Origin: Alphaproteobacteria bacterium
GTDB lineage: Bacteria; Myxococcota_A; UBA796; UBA2385
Assembly (NCBI GenBank): GCA_040376505.1
Contig: JBEIQK010000002.1
Location: 1-38,013, forward strand
Length of the DNA stretch: 38,013 nt
Direction of reading: 5' to 3'
Both the position numbers and the translations under genes were made by a program. Shown piece after piece: positions 24,757 to 34,796 of this stretch. The notes under the pieces were generated by a model, which had not been told where the DNA came from, made no database searches, and saw only the letters and a list, made by a program, of their open reading frames with translations. Positions within the stretch are counted from its first letter, which is position 1; each line of letters begins with the position of its first letter.

Positions 24757-27700
24757 GAACCCGCCTCGAGGGCCGCGCGAACCCGCGCCGGGGGCAGGTG
24801 GTCGCGGCGGCCGGCGTACCAGTCGATGGAGCGCTCCACCTCGGGGAGTGTGACGGCGACGGGCTCGTAGGGCACAAAGCCCGCGTCGGTGTAGCGCCAC
24901 ATCCTGGCGCTCTGGGGGTCCCAGGCCACGAGCTGCACCCAATGGTGCGTGACCAGTCGGCCGATGCTCGGGTTTTTGGCCGCCAGGGCCAGCAGCCGCT
25001 CCGGCCGGGCCTCGACGATGGTGAGCAGGCGCAGCGGCTCGTGGATCTCCACCATCTGCCAGGGCAGGCCGGTGCGCAGGTCGCTTTGATGACCGTCCAT
25101 CACGCCCAGGTAGGCGGTGATGTTGTGCGGCAGCTTGGTGCCGCAGCCATAGACCGCCGGGTCGACATGGCTGAACCAGTACTCCAGGTTGATGCCGGCC
25201 CCCACCGGCACCACGCTGGCCATCACGCGCTCCAGGATGGCGCCGTCGTCGTCCTGTTCGGGATCGTAGGAGACGAGAAAGCTGCGCCGGTCGAGAAAGA
25301 GCCCCCGGGTGCGCCAGCGGCGCCCGACGATGGCGATGGCGTTGGTGGCGTGCCCACACTCGGGTCGGGCCTGGGCGAGGTCCTCGGCGCGGGCCTCGAC
25401 GTGGCGCAGGGCCGCCGCCGGGCTCAGGTGGAGCGGGGCCGAGAGGAAGCGTCGGCAGCGTTCATGGGCGTCGAGCGTGCGGGCCTTGTGCAGCAGCTCC
25501 ATCAACTCGGCGAGCGGGGCGGCGTGGGAGGGCGGCACCACCTCTATGTCGTACAGATCGATGCGATCATCGCCGGTGTTGTGAAAGCCGCCGACAAACC
25601 AGGTGGCCTCGGGGATGTCGAGGCCGCGGGCGGCGAGGAGGGCTCGCACCGCGGGGTCATTGGCCATGTCGGCGAAGGCCCGGGCATTGGGCCCGCCCGG
25701 CGCCCCGCCGCAGGCGCCGCAGTCATAGGCCGAGCGGTGGGGATTGTTCACGCTGCCCGAGCCATGCCCCAACACGGCGACGAGGGGCGCGAATCCACGC
25801 ACCAGACTGATGTCTTCGAGGAGGCGGCCCACGATGTCGGCCATCTCTTCGACAGAGAACCCCACCCAGCGCCCGGCCTCGTCCTGGGCCTCGCCCGCGC
25901 GGCGCAGGTGCAGGCGGGTGGTCAGTCCCAGGCGGCCGATCTGGGCGGCTTTGTGTCGGGTGGCGGCGGTGAGCCCGGGAAAGAGCACCCGCATCACCAT
26001 CGGCGCCCCGGCCAGCACGCCCAGCAGGGCCGTGAGCGTGCCGCGAACCAGGGTGCGGCTGCCCACCGCCACGCTGCGATCGAGCAGGCCGATGCCCCGG
26101 CGCGCGAGGTCTTGGGTGGCGGCGAGGCGGGCGTAGGCCGGATCGACCTCCTCCACTACAAGATGTTGGGGCCGCAAGGCGATCGGGCAGAGGGGCGGCA
26201 CATGGGGGTCGCCCAGCGCCTTGTAGTACATCGCCACGCCAAAGAAGCCCGGCGTGCCAAAGGTCTCGTAGGCGGCGCCTTGCTCTTCGATCTGTCTGCG
26301 CAGGCTCTCGCTGCGTTCGTCGATGCAGGCGATCACCTGCAGGCGGGCCGGGGGGCGCTGGCGCCGGGGGGCGTGGGCCGCCAGCGCGTTCAAGATCTGG
26401 TTGCGGTAGCGCCGCTCAAAGGCCTTTTGAAAGATCCGCCGCCGATCGGTGTCGGTGAAGGCCTCGATCTGGGCTTGCAGCGCGGCAAGTTGAGGGGGCG
26501 CGGTTGCGAGGAGGTCGGGGGCGGAGACCCCGGCGTAGAGCAGCACCTGGAGCAGCACCCAGGCGCGCGCCAGGGTCGAGGGCGGCGGGGGGCTCACCCG
26601 GGCCTGAAGCTGACGGCGGATCCGGTCGATCGGGCCCGCCTCGCCCAGGTGCGTGCGCGCGAGGTGTTGGGCGGCGAAGCGGTCGAGGATCAGCCGCAGG
26701 GCGAGCAGATCCATCAGCGAGGCCGGCACGGCGCGCACGGGCGCGCGGTCGGGGCGGGCCTCCATCTGGGCGATCATGCCGGCGAAGCCGCGCACGGCGA
26801 CGAGGCTGGCCTCTACGCAGGGCTCCCACTCCTCTTCGGAGAGGCCCAGCGCGTCGAGCTCGGCGAGGGCGGCGCTGGTGCTGTCGCCCTCCCGCTCGGC
26901 CAGCGCGCCCAGCGCCGCGGGGAGGCCCTCCATCCAGGCCGCCGGCGGGCCGCCGGGTTGACTGTACAGGGCCAGGAAGACGCGAAACAGGCCCTCCTCG
27001 CGGTGGGGCATCGGCCAGTAGGCGAGGCCCTGATCGAGGAAGCCGGCGCAGAGCCGGTACACCAGCGGGTGGACGAGCTCGTCGGCGTCTTCGCCGGTGG
27101 CGCGCAGCAGCAGGTCGCGCAGGCGGGGTGTGGAAGGCTCGGGCTGCGGCGGCGGGGGCAGGTGGGCGACGCGCTGGACGGCGAGGGTCCACAGTGCGCG
27201 CAGCACGGCCCGCTCGGGCTCGCGGGCCAGCATCTGTTTGAGATCCACCGTTCGGGTGGAGCGCAGGGTGTGCTGCCAGGTGCGGTTGTCCTCGGCCGAC
27301 AGGCGCGGGCTGACCCCGGCGCCCAGGGCCCGGCCGGCGTCGAGCTCGGCGCCCAGCCAGCGGGTGGTGGCCGCCACGAGGTTGCCGCGGTGCTCGTCGG
27401 GGATGTCGTCGGGCAGCGCGTCGAGGGCCCGACCCTCGGTGAGCAGCCAGCGCAGAGAGGGGCCCTCCTCGCGGCGCAGGGCGTGGCGCATCAGCAGGCG
27501 GCGCAGGCTGCTCGGGCGCAGGCGGCCATCCAGCAGCGGCGGATCGGCGTCATCGGGGGCCTGCTCTTCGGCGAGCACGGCGCTGACGTCGTCTTCGCCG
27601 ATGCGGCCGCTGGCCAGGTGCTGGCGGTACACCGGCTCGGGCAGGTAGGGCCGGGCGCCAAAGGTGCGGGCGGCGTCGAGCACGGCTGCGTCGAAGGGCT

Positions 27701-27821
27701 GGTCTTCAAAGGCGTGGAGCGTGTTGTGGTGCACAAAGACCCCGATGGGGCCTTGGGCCGGCAGGTGGTGCGCGGCGTGGGCGACGATCTGAACCAGGGT
27801 CTGGCGGCGGTCCGGGCGCAT
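24753..27821 (-). CDS. dabA: DAB inorganic carbon transporter subunit DabA (DUF2309/UPF0753)
   Basis: LPAQGPIGVFVHHNTLHAFE, beta-CA-like Zn ligands CIDERSE, GHGS, NNPH and DCGACGG; RPECGHA, LDRRSFLVSYD, INLEYW, GTKLPHN, DLRTGLPWQMV, HEPLRL; 1022 aa. Confidence 0.95.
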   Translation of the reverse strand: MRPDRRQTLVQIVAHAAHHLPAQGPIGVFVHHNTLHAFEDQPFDAAVLDAARTFGARPYLPEPVYRQHLASGRIGEDDVSAVLAEEQAPDDADPPLLDGRLRPSSLRRLLMRHALRREEGPSLRWLLTEGRALDALPDDIPDEHRGNLVAATTRWLGAELDAGRALGAGVSPRLSAEDNRTWQHTLRSTRTVDLKQMLAREPERAVLRALWTLAVQRVAHLPPPPQPEPSTPRLRDLLLRATGEDADELVHPLVYRLCAGFLDQGLAYWPMPHREEGLFRVFLALYSQPGGPPAAWMEGLPAALGALAEREGDSTSAALAELDALGLSEEEWEPCVEASLVAVRGFAGMIAQMEARPDRAPVRAVPASLMDLLALRLILDRFAAQHLARTHLGEAGPIDRIRRQLQARVSPPPPSTLARAWVLLQVLLYAGVSAPDLLATAPPQLAALQAQIEAFTDTDRRRIFQKAFERRYRNQILNALAAHAPRRQRPPARLQVIACIDERSESLRRQIEEQGAAYETFGTPGFFGVAMYYKALGDPHVPPLCPIALRPQHLVVEEVDPAYARLAATQDLARRGIGLLDRSVAVGSRTLVRGTLTALLGVLAGAPMVMRVLFPGLTAATRHKAAQIGRLGLTTRLHLRRAGEAQDEAGRWVGFSVEEMADIVGRLLEDISLVRGFAPLVAVLGHGSGSVNNPHRSAYDCGACGGAPGGPNARAFADMANDPAVRALLAARGLDIPEATWFVGGFHNTGDDRIDLYDIEVVPPSHAAPLAELMELLHKARTLDAHERCRRFLSAPLHLSPAAALRHVEARAEDLAQARPECGHATNAIAIVGRRWRTRGLFLDRRSFLVSYDPEQDDDGAILERVMASVVPVGAGINLEYWFSHVDPAVYGCGTKLPHNITAYLGVMDGHQSDLRTGLPWQMVEIHEPLRLLTIVEARPERLLALAAKNPSIGRLVTHHWVQLVAWDPQSARMWRYTDAGFVPYEPVAVTLPEVERSIDWYAGRRDHLPPARVRAALEAGS

Positions 27822-27909
27822 CGGCGGGGGGTCTGGCTATTCTCTGCCCGACCCGGTCGCCATGATCCCGGCCGGTGAATAGGCGGCGGGCGCAAGGAAG
27901 GGAGCGTGT

Positions 27910-28704
27910 ATGGAGTGGTGGCAGGCGGTGATCCTGGGGCTGATCGAGGGCCTCACCGAGTACCTGCCGGTGAGCTCCACCGGCCATCTGCTGCTGGGCC
28001 AGCGCCTCCTGGGGCTGCCGAGCGGCCCGGCGGCCGACGCCTACGCCATCTGCATTCAGGCCGGCGCCATCCTCGCGGTGCTGGGCCTCTACCGGCAGCG
28101 GGTGGCCCAGGGCTTCGCCGGCCTGCTGGGCAAGGATGTGGCCGGGCGCCGCCTCGTCATCAACCTCGGTGTGGCCTTCATTCCCGCCGCGGTGATCGGC
28201 TTTCTCCTTGATGATCTGATCGAGGCCTACCTCTTCGGCCTCGCGCCGATCACGGTGGCCTGGCTGGCCGGCAGCGCCGCCATCCTGCTCATCAAGCCGC
28301 CGACCCAGGGCCTCGCCCTGGAAGGCCTGCAGCCGCGTCAGGCGGCCCTCATCGGCCTCGCCCAGTGCCTCGCGATGTGGCCGGGCACCAGCCGCAGCCT
28401 CGCCACCATCCTGGCCGGCTCCCTGTGCGGGCTGTCGATGGCCGCGACGGTGGAGTTCAGCTTCCTGCTGGGGCTCATCACCCTCTCGGCGGCGACGGCC
28501 TACTCCGGGATGAAGCATGGGGCCGAGGTCATCGAGGCCTATGGGCTGGTGACGCCGCTCATCGGCATGGTCGTGGCCTGGGCCTCGGCGGTGGCGGCGG
28601 TGCGCTGGATGGTGGGCTGGCTGCAGTCGCATGGCATGGGCGTCTTCGCGGTCTGGCGGCTGATCTCGGCGCTCATCGCCATCGCCCTGCTCGCCGCCGC
28701 CTGA
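27910..28704 (+). CDS. uppP: Undecaprenyl-diphosphate phosphatase (BacA family)
   Basis: ILGLIEGLTEYLPVSSTGH, IQAGAILAV, PGTSRS, EFSFLL. Confidence 0.95.
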   Translation: MEWWQAVILGLIEGLTEYLPVSSTGHLLLGQRLLGLPSGPAADAYAICIQAGAILAVLGLYRQRVAQGFAGLLGKDVAGRRLVINLGVAFIPAAVIGFLLDDLIEAYLFGLAPITVAWLAGSAAILLIKPPTQGLALEGLQPRQAALIGLAQCLAMWPGTSRSLATILAGSLCGLSMAATVEFSFLLGLITLSAATAYSGMKHGAEVIEAYGLVTPLIGMVVAWASAVAAVRWMVGWLQSHGMGVFAVWRLISALIAIALLAAA

Positions 28705-28725
28705 TCTCCGCATCTGGTAGGCTCA

Positions 28726-28744
28726 GGGCTCCTCTGAGGAGCCC
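28726..28744 (+). promoter_or_regulatory. Perfect inverted repeat covering the dihydropyrimidinase RBS
   Basis: GGGCTCCTC-T-GAGGAGCCC; the 3' arm holds GAGGAG, 6 nt before ATG 28748. Confidence 0.5.
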
Positions 28745-28747
28745 CGC

Positions 28748-30151
28748 ATGTCTGTGCTGATTCGGGGTGGCCGCGTGGTCACCGCTGTCGACGATTACAT
28801 CGCTGATGTCTGGATTGAAGGCGAGAAGGTGGCCGAGATCGGCATGGACCTCTCCCACCGCATCCCCCAGGCCAGCCGGGTCTTCGAGGCGGCCGGCAAG
28901 CTCCTCTTCCCCGGCGGCATCGACGCGCACACGCACATGGACATGCCCTTCGGCGGCACCACCTCGGCCGATGACTTCGACTCGGGCACCGTGGCGGCGG
29001 CCCATGGCGGCACCACCACCATCATCGACTTCGCCATTCAGCAGAAGGGTCGCTCCACCCTCGAAGGCCTGGACATCTGGCACGAGAAGGCCCATGCGAA
29101 GGCCACCATCGACTATGCCTTCCACATGATCATCACCGACATGCCCCACGAGCGGCTGCCGGAGATGGAGCGCCTCGCCGGGATGGGGGTCACCTCCTAC
29201 AAGCTGTTCATGGCCTACCCGGGCGTACTCTACGTCGATGACGGCACGCTCTACCGCACCTTCCGGCAGGCGGGGCTCAACGGCACCCGCATCAACATGC
29301 ACGCCGAGAACGGCATCGTCATCGACGAGATCATCCGCGAGGCCGTGGCCGATGGCAAGATCGAGCCCAAGTACCACGCGCTCACCCGGCCCACCCGCAT
29401 GGAGGCCGAGGGCGTGCACCGGGCCATCGCCATCGCCGAGGTGGCCAATGTGCCGCTGTACATTGTTCATCTGTCCAGCGCCGACGCCCTCGAAGAGGTT
29501 AAGCGCGGCCGGGCCCGCGGGGTCGACGTGCAGGCCGAGACCTGCCCGCAGTACCTCTTCCTCGACCAGAGCTGGTACGACCGCCCCGACTTCGAGGGGG
29601 CCAAGTGGGTCATGACGCCGGCCCTGCGCGAGAAGTGGAACCAGGAGGTGCTCTGGCAGGGCCTCAAGCTCGGCCACCTCGCCAATGTGGCCACCGATCA
29701 CTGCCCTTTCTGCTTCGGCGGTCAGAAGGAGCTCGGCCGCGAGAGCTTCACCAAGATCCCCAATGGGGCGCCGGGCGTCGAGAACCGTCTGTCGCTCATG
29801 TACCATGGGGCCGTGGTGCAGGGCCGCATGTCGATCAACCGCTTCGTCGAGCTCACCAGCACCTCGGCGGCCAAGACCTTTGGCCTCTTTCCGAAGAAGG
29901 GCACCATCGCGGTGGGCTCCGACGCCGATATCGTCATCTTCGACCCCAACAAGGTGCAGACGATCTCGGTGCACAATCCGGCTACCCACCACATGCGGGT
30001 GGACTACTCGGCCTACGAGGGCCATGAGGTGCAGGGCTGGACCGAGACGGTGCTCTCGCGCGGCCGCGTGGTGGTCCACCGCGGCTCGCTGGAGACCCAC
30101 AAGGGTGGCCAGTTCATCGCCCGCGCCCGCGTGGGCGAGCTGCTGCGCTGA
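28748..30151 (+). CDS. hydA: Dihydropyrimidinase (D-hydantoinase)
   Basis: PGGIDAHTH, GGTTTIIDF, SYKLFMAY (carboxylated Lys), MHAENG, VHLS, ETCPQYL, TDHCPF, IPNG, GSDADIVIFDP. Confidence 0.95.
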   Translation: MSVLIRGGRVVTAVDDYIADVWIEGEKVAEIGMDLSHRIPQASRVFEAAGKLLFPGGIDAHTHMDMPFGGTTSADDFDSGTVAAAHGGTTTIIDFAIQQKGRSTLEGLDIWHEKAHAKATIDYAFHMIITDMPHERLPEMERLAGMGVTSYKLFMAYPGVLYVDDGTLYRTFRQAGLNGTRINMHAENGIVIDEIIREAVADGKIEPKYHALTRPTRMEAEGVHRAIAIAEVANVPLYIVHLSSADALEEVKRGRARGVDVQAETCPQYLFLDQSWYDRPDFEGAKWVMTPALREKWNQEVLWQGLKLGHLANVATDHCPFCFGGQKELGRESFTKIPNGAPGVENRLSLMYHGAVVQGRMSINRFVELTSTSAAKTFGLFPKKGTIAVGSDADIVIFDPNKVQTISVHNPATHHMRVDYSAYEGHEVQGWTETVLSRGRVVVHRGSLETHKGGQFIARARVGELLR

Positions 30152-30723
30152 TGGCCCGGTCCGCCCCCGCCGCGAAGAAGTCCACCGACGAGCGGCGTCT
30201 GGTCGAGCTGATCGACCGGATGACCGATCGGCGCAGCGCCATCACCAAGCTCGAAGCCGGCGGCTATGTCGACGACGAGGATCTCGATGGCGGCGAGGGG
30301 CTGGACGGGCCCAATCCGAAGATCGACCCCACCGCGGCGATTGAGTCCCGGTGGGGCGCCCCCTTGCCGCCGGCCTACGCCACCCTGCTGCGGGCGCGGG
30401 GCCGACGCCACGCGCTGATCGGGGGGATGACCCTCTTCAGCGGCGAGGAGCTGCTGCGGGGCGAGCGCCCGGTCCTGGCCCGCGGTGGCGGCCAGGAGGC
30501 CCTCTTCGATCCGTTCACAGGCGCCGTCTCCGTGGGGGCCCAGTCCTACGCCAGCGTTGAGGACTGGCTCATCGAGGAGAACGCCGCCCAACGCAGCCAC
30601 CTGCTGCGCCTCAGCGTGGAGGCCGACCCCACCTTCTCCGAGCGCACCGACGTGCGGCGGGCCGACGCGACCGTGCGGGCGGCCCTGCTCGACGCCGAGC
30701 TGAAGCTGCGCGGCCTCGGCTGA
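30151..30723 (+). CDS. Hypothetical protein with SMI1/KNR4-like segment
   Basis: TGATG overlap with hydA; AAIESRWGAPLPPAYATLL resembles the SMI1/KNR4 signature. Confidence 0.5.
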   Translation: MARSAPAAKKSTDERRLVELIDRMTDRRSAITKLEAGGYVDDEDLDGGEGLDGPNPKIDPTAAIESRWGAPLPPAYATLLRARGRRHALIGGMTLFSGEELLRGERPVLARGGGQEALFDPFTGAVSVGAQSYASVEDWLIEENAAQRSHLLRLSVEADPTFSERTDVRRADATVRAALLDAELKLRGLG

Positions 30724-30747
30724 GGGCGCGCCCACCCCGAGGTCACC

Positions 30748-31395
30748 ATGGTGCTCATCGCCCTCTTTTGTCTGTCGGCCTTCGCCCTCAAGGTGCCGGC
30801 CACCGTCAACATCGGCATTGGCCCCACCGTCGGCACGATGGGCAATCCCCAGGCCGGCCAGTGGTCGCCCTCCTGGGGCGTGGCGCTGATGGCCGAAGGC
30901 TATGTCGACCGAAAGACCCTGCACTCCAAAAAGGTGATGCGCCGCGTACCAAAACAGTATCGCGGCATGGTGCGAAACATGGACGATGCCCATGTCGTAC
31001 CGCTGCCAGTCCTGCTGCTGCCCGACAGCCTGATGCTGGCGCCGATCGGCAGCCAGAATGTGTCGATCCTGCCGGTGAGTTGGGCCCCCATCGAGCTGTC
31101 GGTGATGCACAAAACGAAGGGGTGGCACCGCACGGCGGGGCTGCAGCTCCGCGGCGCCTACCTGCGCACCGAGCGGGCCAACGGCTACGAAGGCAAGGGC
31201 GCCTGGCTCGGCGCCACCCTGGCCACCGACATCCAGTCGCCCTACAAAGAGCGGGTGGGCATCGCCCTGGGGGGACACGCCGGCCCCGGCGCCCCCCTCC
31301 TCGACACCAAGCCGCTCGGCATCGAGGCGCCCTGGCTCAACCTCGGCGCCTACGCCCGTCTGCAGCTCCGCTTTCCGATTGAGGTGGAGCGTTAG
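30748..31395 (+). CDS. Hypothetical exported protein, possibly outer-membrane beta-strand protein
   Basis: GAGG RBS, signal peptide ending SAFA, amphipathic strands such as LGAYARLQLRF. Confidence 0.6.
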   Translation: MVLIALFCLSAFALKVPATVNIGIGPTVGTMGNPQAGQWSPSWGVALMAEGYVDRKTLHSKKVMRRVPKQYRGMVRNMDDAHVVPLPVLLLPDSLMLAPIGSQNVSILPVSWAPIELSVMHKTKGWHRTAGLQLRGAYLRTERANGYEGKGAWLGATLATDIQSPYKERVGIALGGHAGPGAPLLDTKPLGIEAPWLNLGAYARLQLRFPIEVER

Positions 31396-32222
31396 GCGCT
31401 GTCGCCGAGGCCGAGGAGCGCGGCGGTGAGCGCGGCGGTGAGCGTGTGACCGGGGCGCTCCACCTCGACATGGGCGTGGAGCGGCCGGCCGAGCAGGGCG
31501 AGGTCGCCCACCAGGTCGAGCAGCTTGTGACGCACCGGCTCGTCGGCGGCGCGCAGGCCCTCGGGGTTGAGGGAGCCATCGGGGCCGAAGACCAGCGCGT
31601 TGTCGAGGCTGCCGCCGGCGATGAGGCCGCTCGCCCGCAGGGCCTCAACCTCGGCGGCGAAACCGAAGGTGCGGGCCCAACTCAGCTCGGTGGCGAAGGC
31701 GCCGGGGCGCCCCAGGTCGATCGACCGCGACTGACGGCCGATCGCCGGGTGGGCGAAGTCAATCGCCACCGACAGCGACAGGCTCGGCGCCGGCGAGACG
31801 GTGGCCCGTCGGCCCTCGGGCAGCGACACGGTGAGGGGGGCGACCACCACCAGCGGATCGCGGGCCTCGCCCTGGCCGCGCAGGCCCACCGAGAGCACCC
31901 CCATCACCCAGGGCAGGGCGCTGCCATCGAGCACCGGCACCTCGCCGCCCTCCACCGCGATGGCGGCGTCGTCGACCCCCAGCGCGTACAGCGCGGCGAG
32001 CAGGTGCTCGACCATCCGCACCGTGGCCCCTCCGGCCGCCAGGGTGGTGGCGAGGCGGGTCTCCACGACGGCGCCCACCCGGGCGGGGATCTCGACGCCA
32101 TCGACCACAAAGAAGAGGCCGGCCCCCGACGGCGCCGGGTGAACGGTGGCGCGGCAGGCCCGGCCATTGTGCAGGCCCACCCCGTCGAGGGAGAAGGAGG
32201 ACTGGAGGGTCTGTCGCTCCAC
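31392..32222 (-). CDS. lpxC: UDP-3-O-acyl-N-acetylglucosamine deacetylase
   Basis: RQTL...GVGLHNG, VEHLLAAL, EVPVLDGSA, ARTFGF, GGSLDNA, DEPVRHKLLDLVGDL, GH. Confidence 0.95.
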   Translation of the reverse strand: MERQTLQSSFSLDGVGLHNGRACRATVHPAPSGAGLFFVVDGVEIPARVGAVVETRLATTLAAGGATVRMVEHLLAALYALGVDDAAIAVEGGEVPVLDGSALPWVMGVLSVGLRGQGEARDPLVVVAPLTVSLPEGRRATVSPAPSLSLSVAIDFAHPAIGRQSRSIDLGRPGAFATELSWARTFGFAAEVEALRASGLIAGGSLDNALVFGPDGSLNPEGLRAADEPVRHKLLDLVGDLALLGRPLHAHVEVERPGHTLTAALTAALLGLGDSA

Positions 32223-32227
32223 CGGCG

Positions 32228-32661
32228 CTACCGGGCGGCCGGGGCGGGCAGGCCGCTCACCGTCATGCCCTCTTTGACTCCATGCGACACAAACCAGCCC
32301 TGCTCCATCTCCAGGGCGTACATCGCCGGCCGCGACGAGGGGATCGGCGTCTCGTCTTTGGGCTTCATGTCGGCGATGCGCACGATCAGGCCGTCTTTGT
32401 TGAGGTAGGCGATCGACAAGGGGATGAGGGTGTTCTTCATCCAGAAGGAGCGCGGACCCTCGGTGGGGTAGACAAAGAGCATGCCCTGGTCGCGGCCCAG
32501 CGCGGTTCGGTACATCAACCCGGCGGCGCGCTCGGCGTCGTCATCGGCCACTTCGGCCACCACCGGGCGCACCCCCACGGTGAGGGTGAGGGTGGGCAGA
32601 GGGGGCTGGGCGGCGCCGGGCTCGCCGGCCAGCGCGCAGGAGAGGAACAGGACGAGGGCGG

Positions 32662-32665
<4 letters not shown>
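32228..32665 (-). CDS. DUF192 family protein
   Basis: AEVAD...RAAGLMYR...GMLFV...[15 protein letters not shown]...YALE...G. Confidence 0.92.
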
Positions 32666-33677
<1,012 letters not shown>

Positions 33678-33681
<4 letters not shown>

Positions 33682-34268
33682 ATCGGCCTCGCGAGCAGGC
33701 GCAGGGCGGCGCGCACCCGCGCTTCCAGCGGCGCCTCGCCGAGCTTGGGCACGTCGGCGCTGGCCAGCACGGCGTCGATCTCCGACTTTCGGTAGTCCAG
33801 CCGCGCGAGGGCCAAGGGCAGCGGATCGGCGGCCTGGGCGGGGGCCACGGTGGGCACGAAGGCGCCCTCGGCCAGCTTGCCCTTCAGCTCCAAACAGATG
33901 CGCGCCGCCGTCTTGGCGCCGACGCCGGGCACCTTGGCCAGGGTCTTGGTGTCGTCGGTGGCGATGGCCCGGCCGAGCTGCTCGACGCTGATGCCAGAGA
34001 GCACGGCCAGGGCGAGCTTGGGGCCGATGCCCGAGACCGAGCGCAGCAGCTCGAAGACCTCGCGCTGGGCCGGGCTGCGAAAGCCGAAGAGCGCGATGTC
34101 GTCTTCTTTGACGACGGTGGTGATGTGCAGGGTGATCTCGCCCGGCTCCTTTTCGAGGGCAACCAGATCGGGGGCGGCGAGGCCGACCTTGTAGCCGACG
34201 CCGTTCACGTCGAGGATCAGCGCCTCGCCCACCTTTCCGGCGCTGGTGCCGCGGAGCAGGGCGATCAT
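33678..34268 (-). CDS. ruvA: Holliday junction branch migration protein RuvA
   Basis: [45 protein letters not shown]. Confidence 0.97.
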
Positions 34269-34768
34269 GAGGCCCCCCGCAGGCCGGCGACCTTGTCGGC
34301 GAAGACGGCGTGGCCGAGGTGGGTGATGGCGATGGCCACGGCGTCGGCGGCGTCGGCCGGCAGGTCTTCGGCGAGGCCGAGCAGGCGGGTGACGATGCGC
34401 ACCATCTCGGGCTTGCCGGCCCGCCCGTGGCCGCCGACGGTCTTTTTTACGGTCATGGCGTTGTACTCGGCGAGCGAGAGCCCCACCTGGGCGGTGGCCA
34501 GCAGGGCCACCCCGCGGGCCTGCCCCAGCTTGAGCGCGCTGTCGGCCGAGCGGTGGCTGAAGATGGTCTCGATAGCGGCCGCCTCGGGGCGCTGGGCGGT
34601 GATGACGGCGCCCAGGCCCTCGTAGATGCGGAGGAGGCGATCGGGGATCGGGTCTTCGGCCCGGGTGCGGATCACGCCGGCCCCGAGCAGTACGTAGCGG
34701 CCGCGCTCGCGCTGGACGACGGCCCAGCCGGTGGCGTTGCTGCCTGGATCGATGCCCAACACGCGCAC
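34265..34768 (-). CDS. ruvC: Crossover junction endodeoxyribonuclease RuvC
   Basis: [41 protein letters not shown]. Confidence 0.97.
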   Translation of the reverse strand: MRVLGIDPGSNATGWAVVQRERGRYVLLGAGVIRTRAEDPIPDRLLRIYEGLGAVITAQRPEAAAIETIFSHRSADSALKLGQARGVALLATAQVGLSLAEYNAMTVKKTVGGHGRAGKPEMVRIVTRLLGLAEDLPADAADAVAIAITHLGHAVFADKVAGLRGAS

Positions 34769-34796
34769 GGCGCTCTCCCTTGAACGGGGGTTCAGG

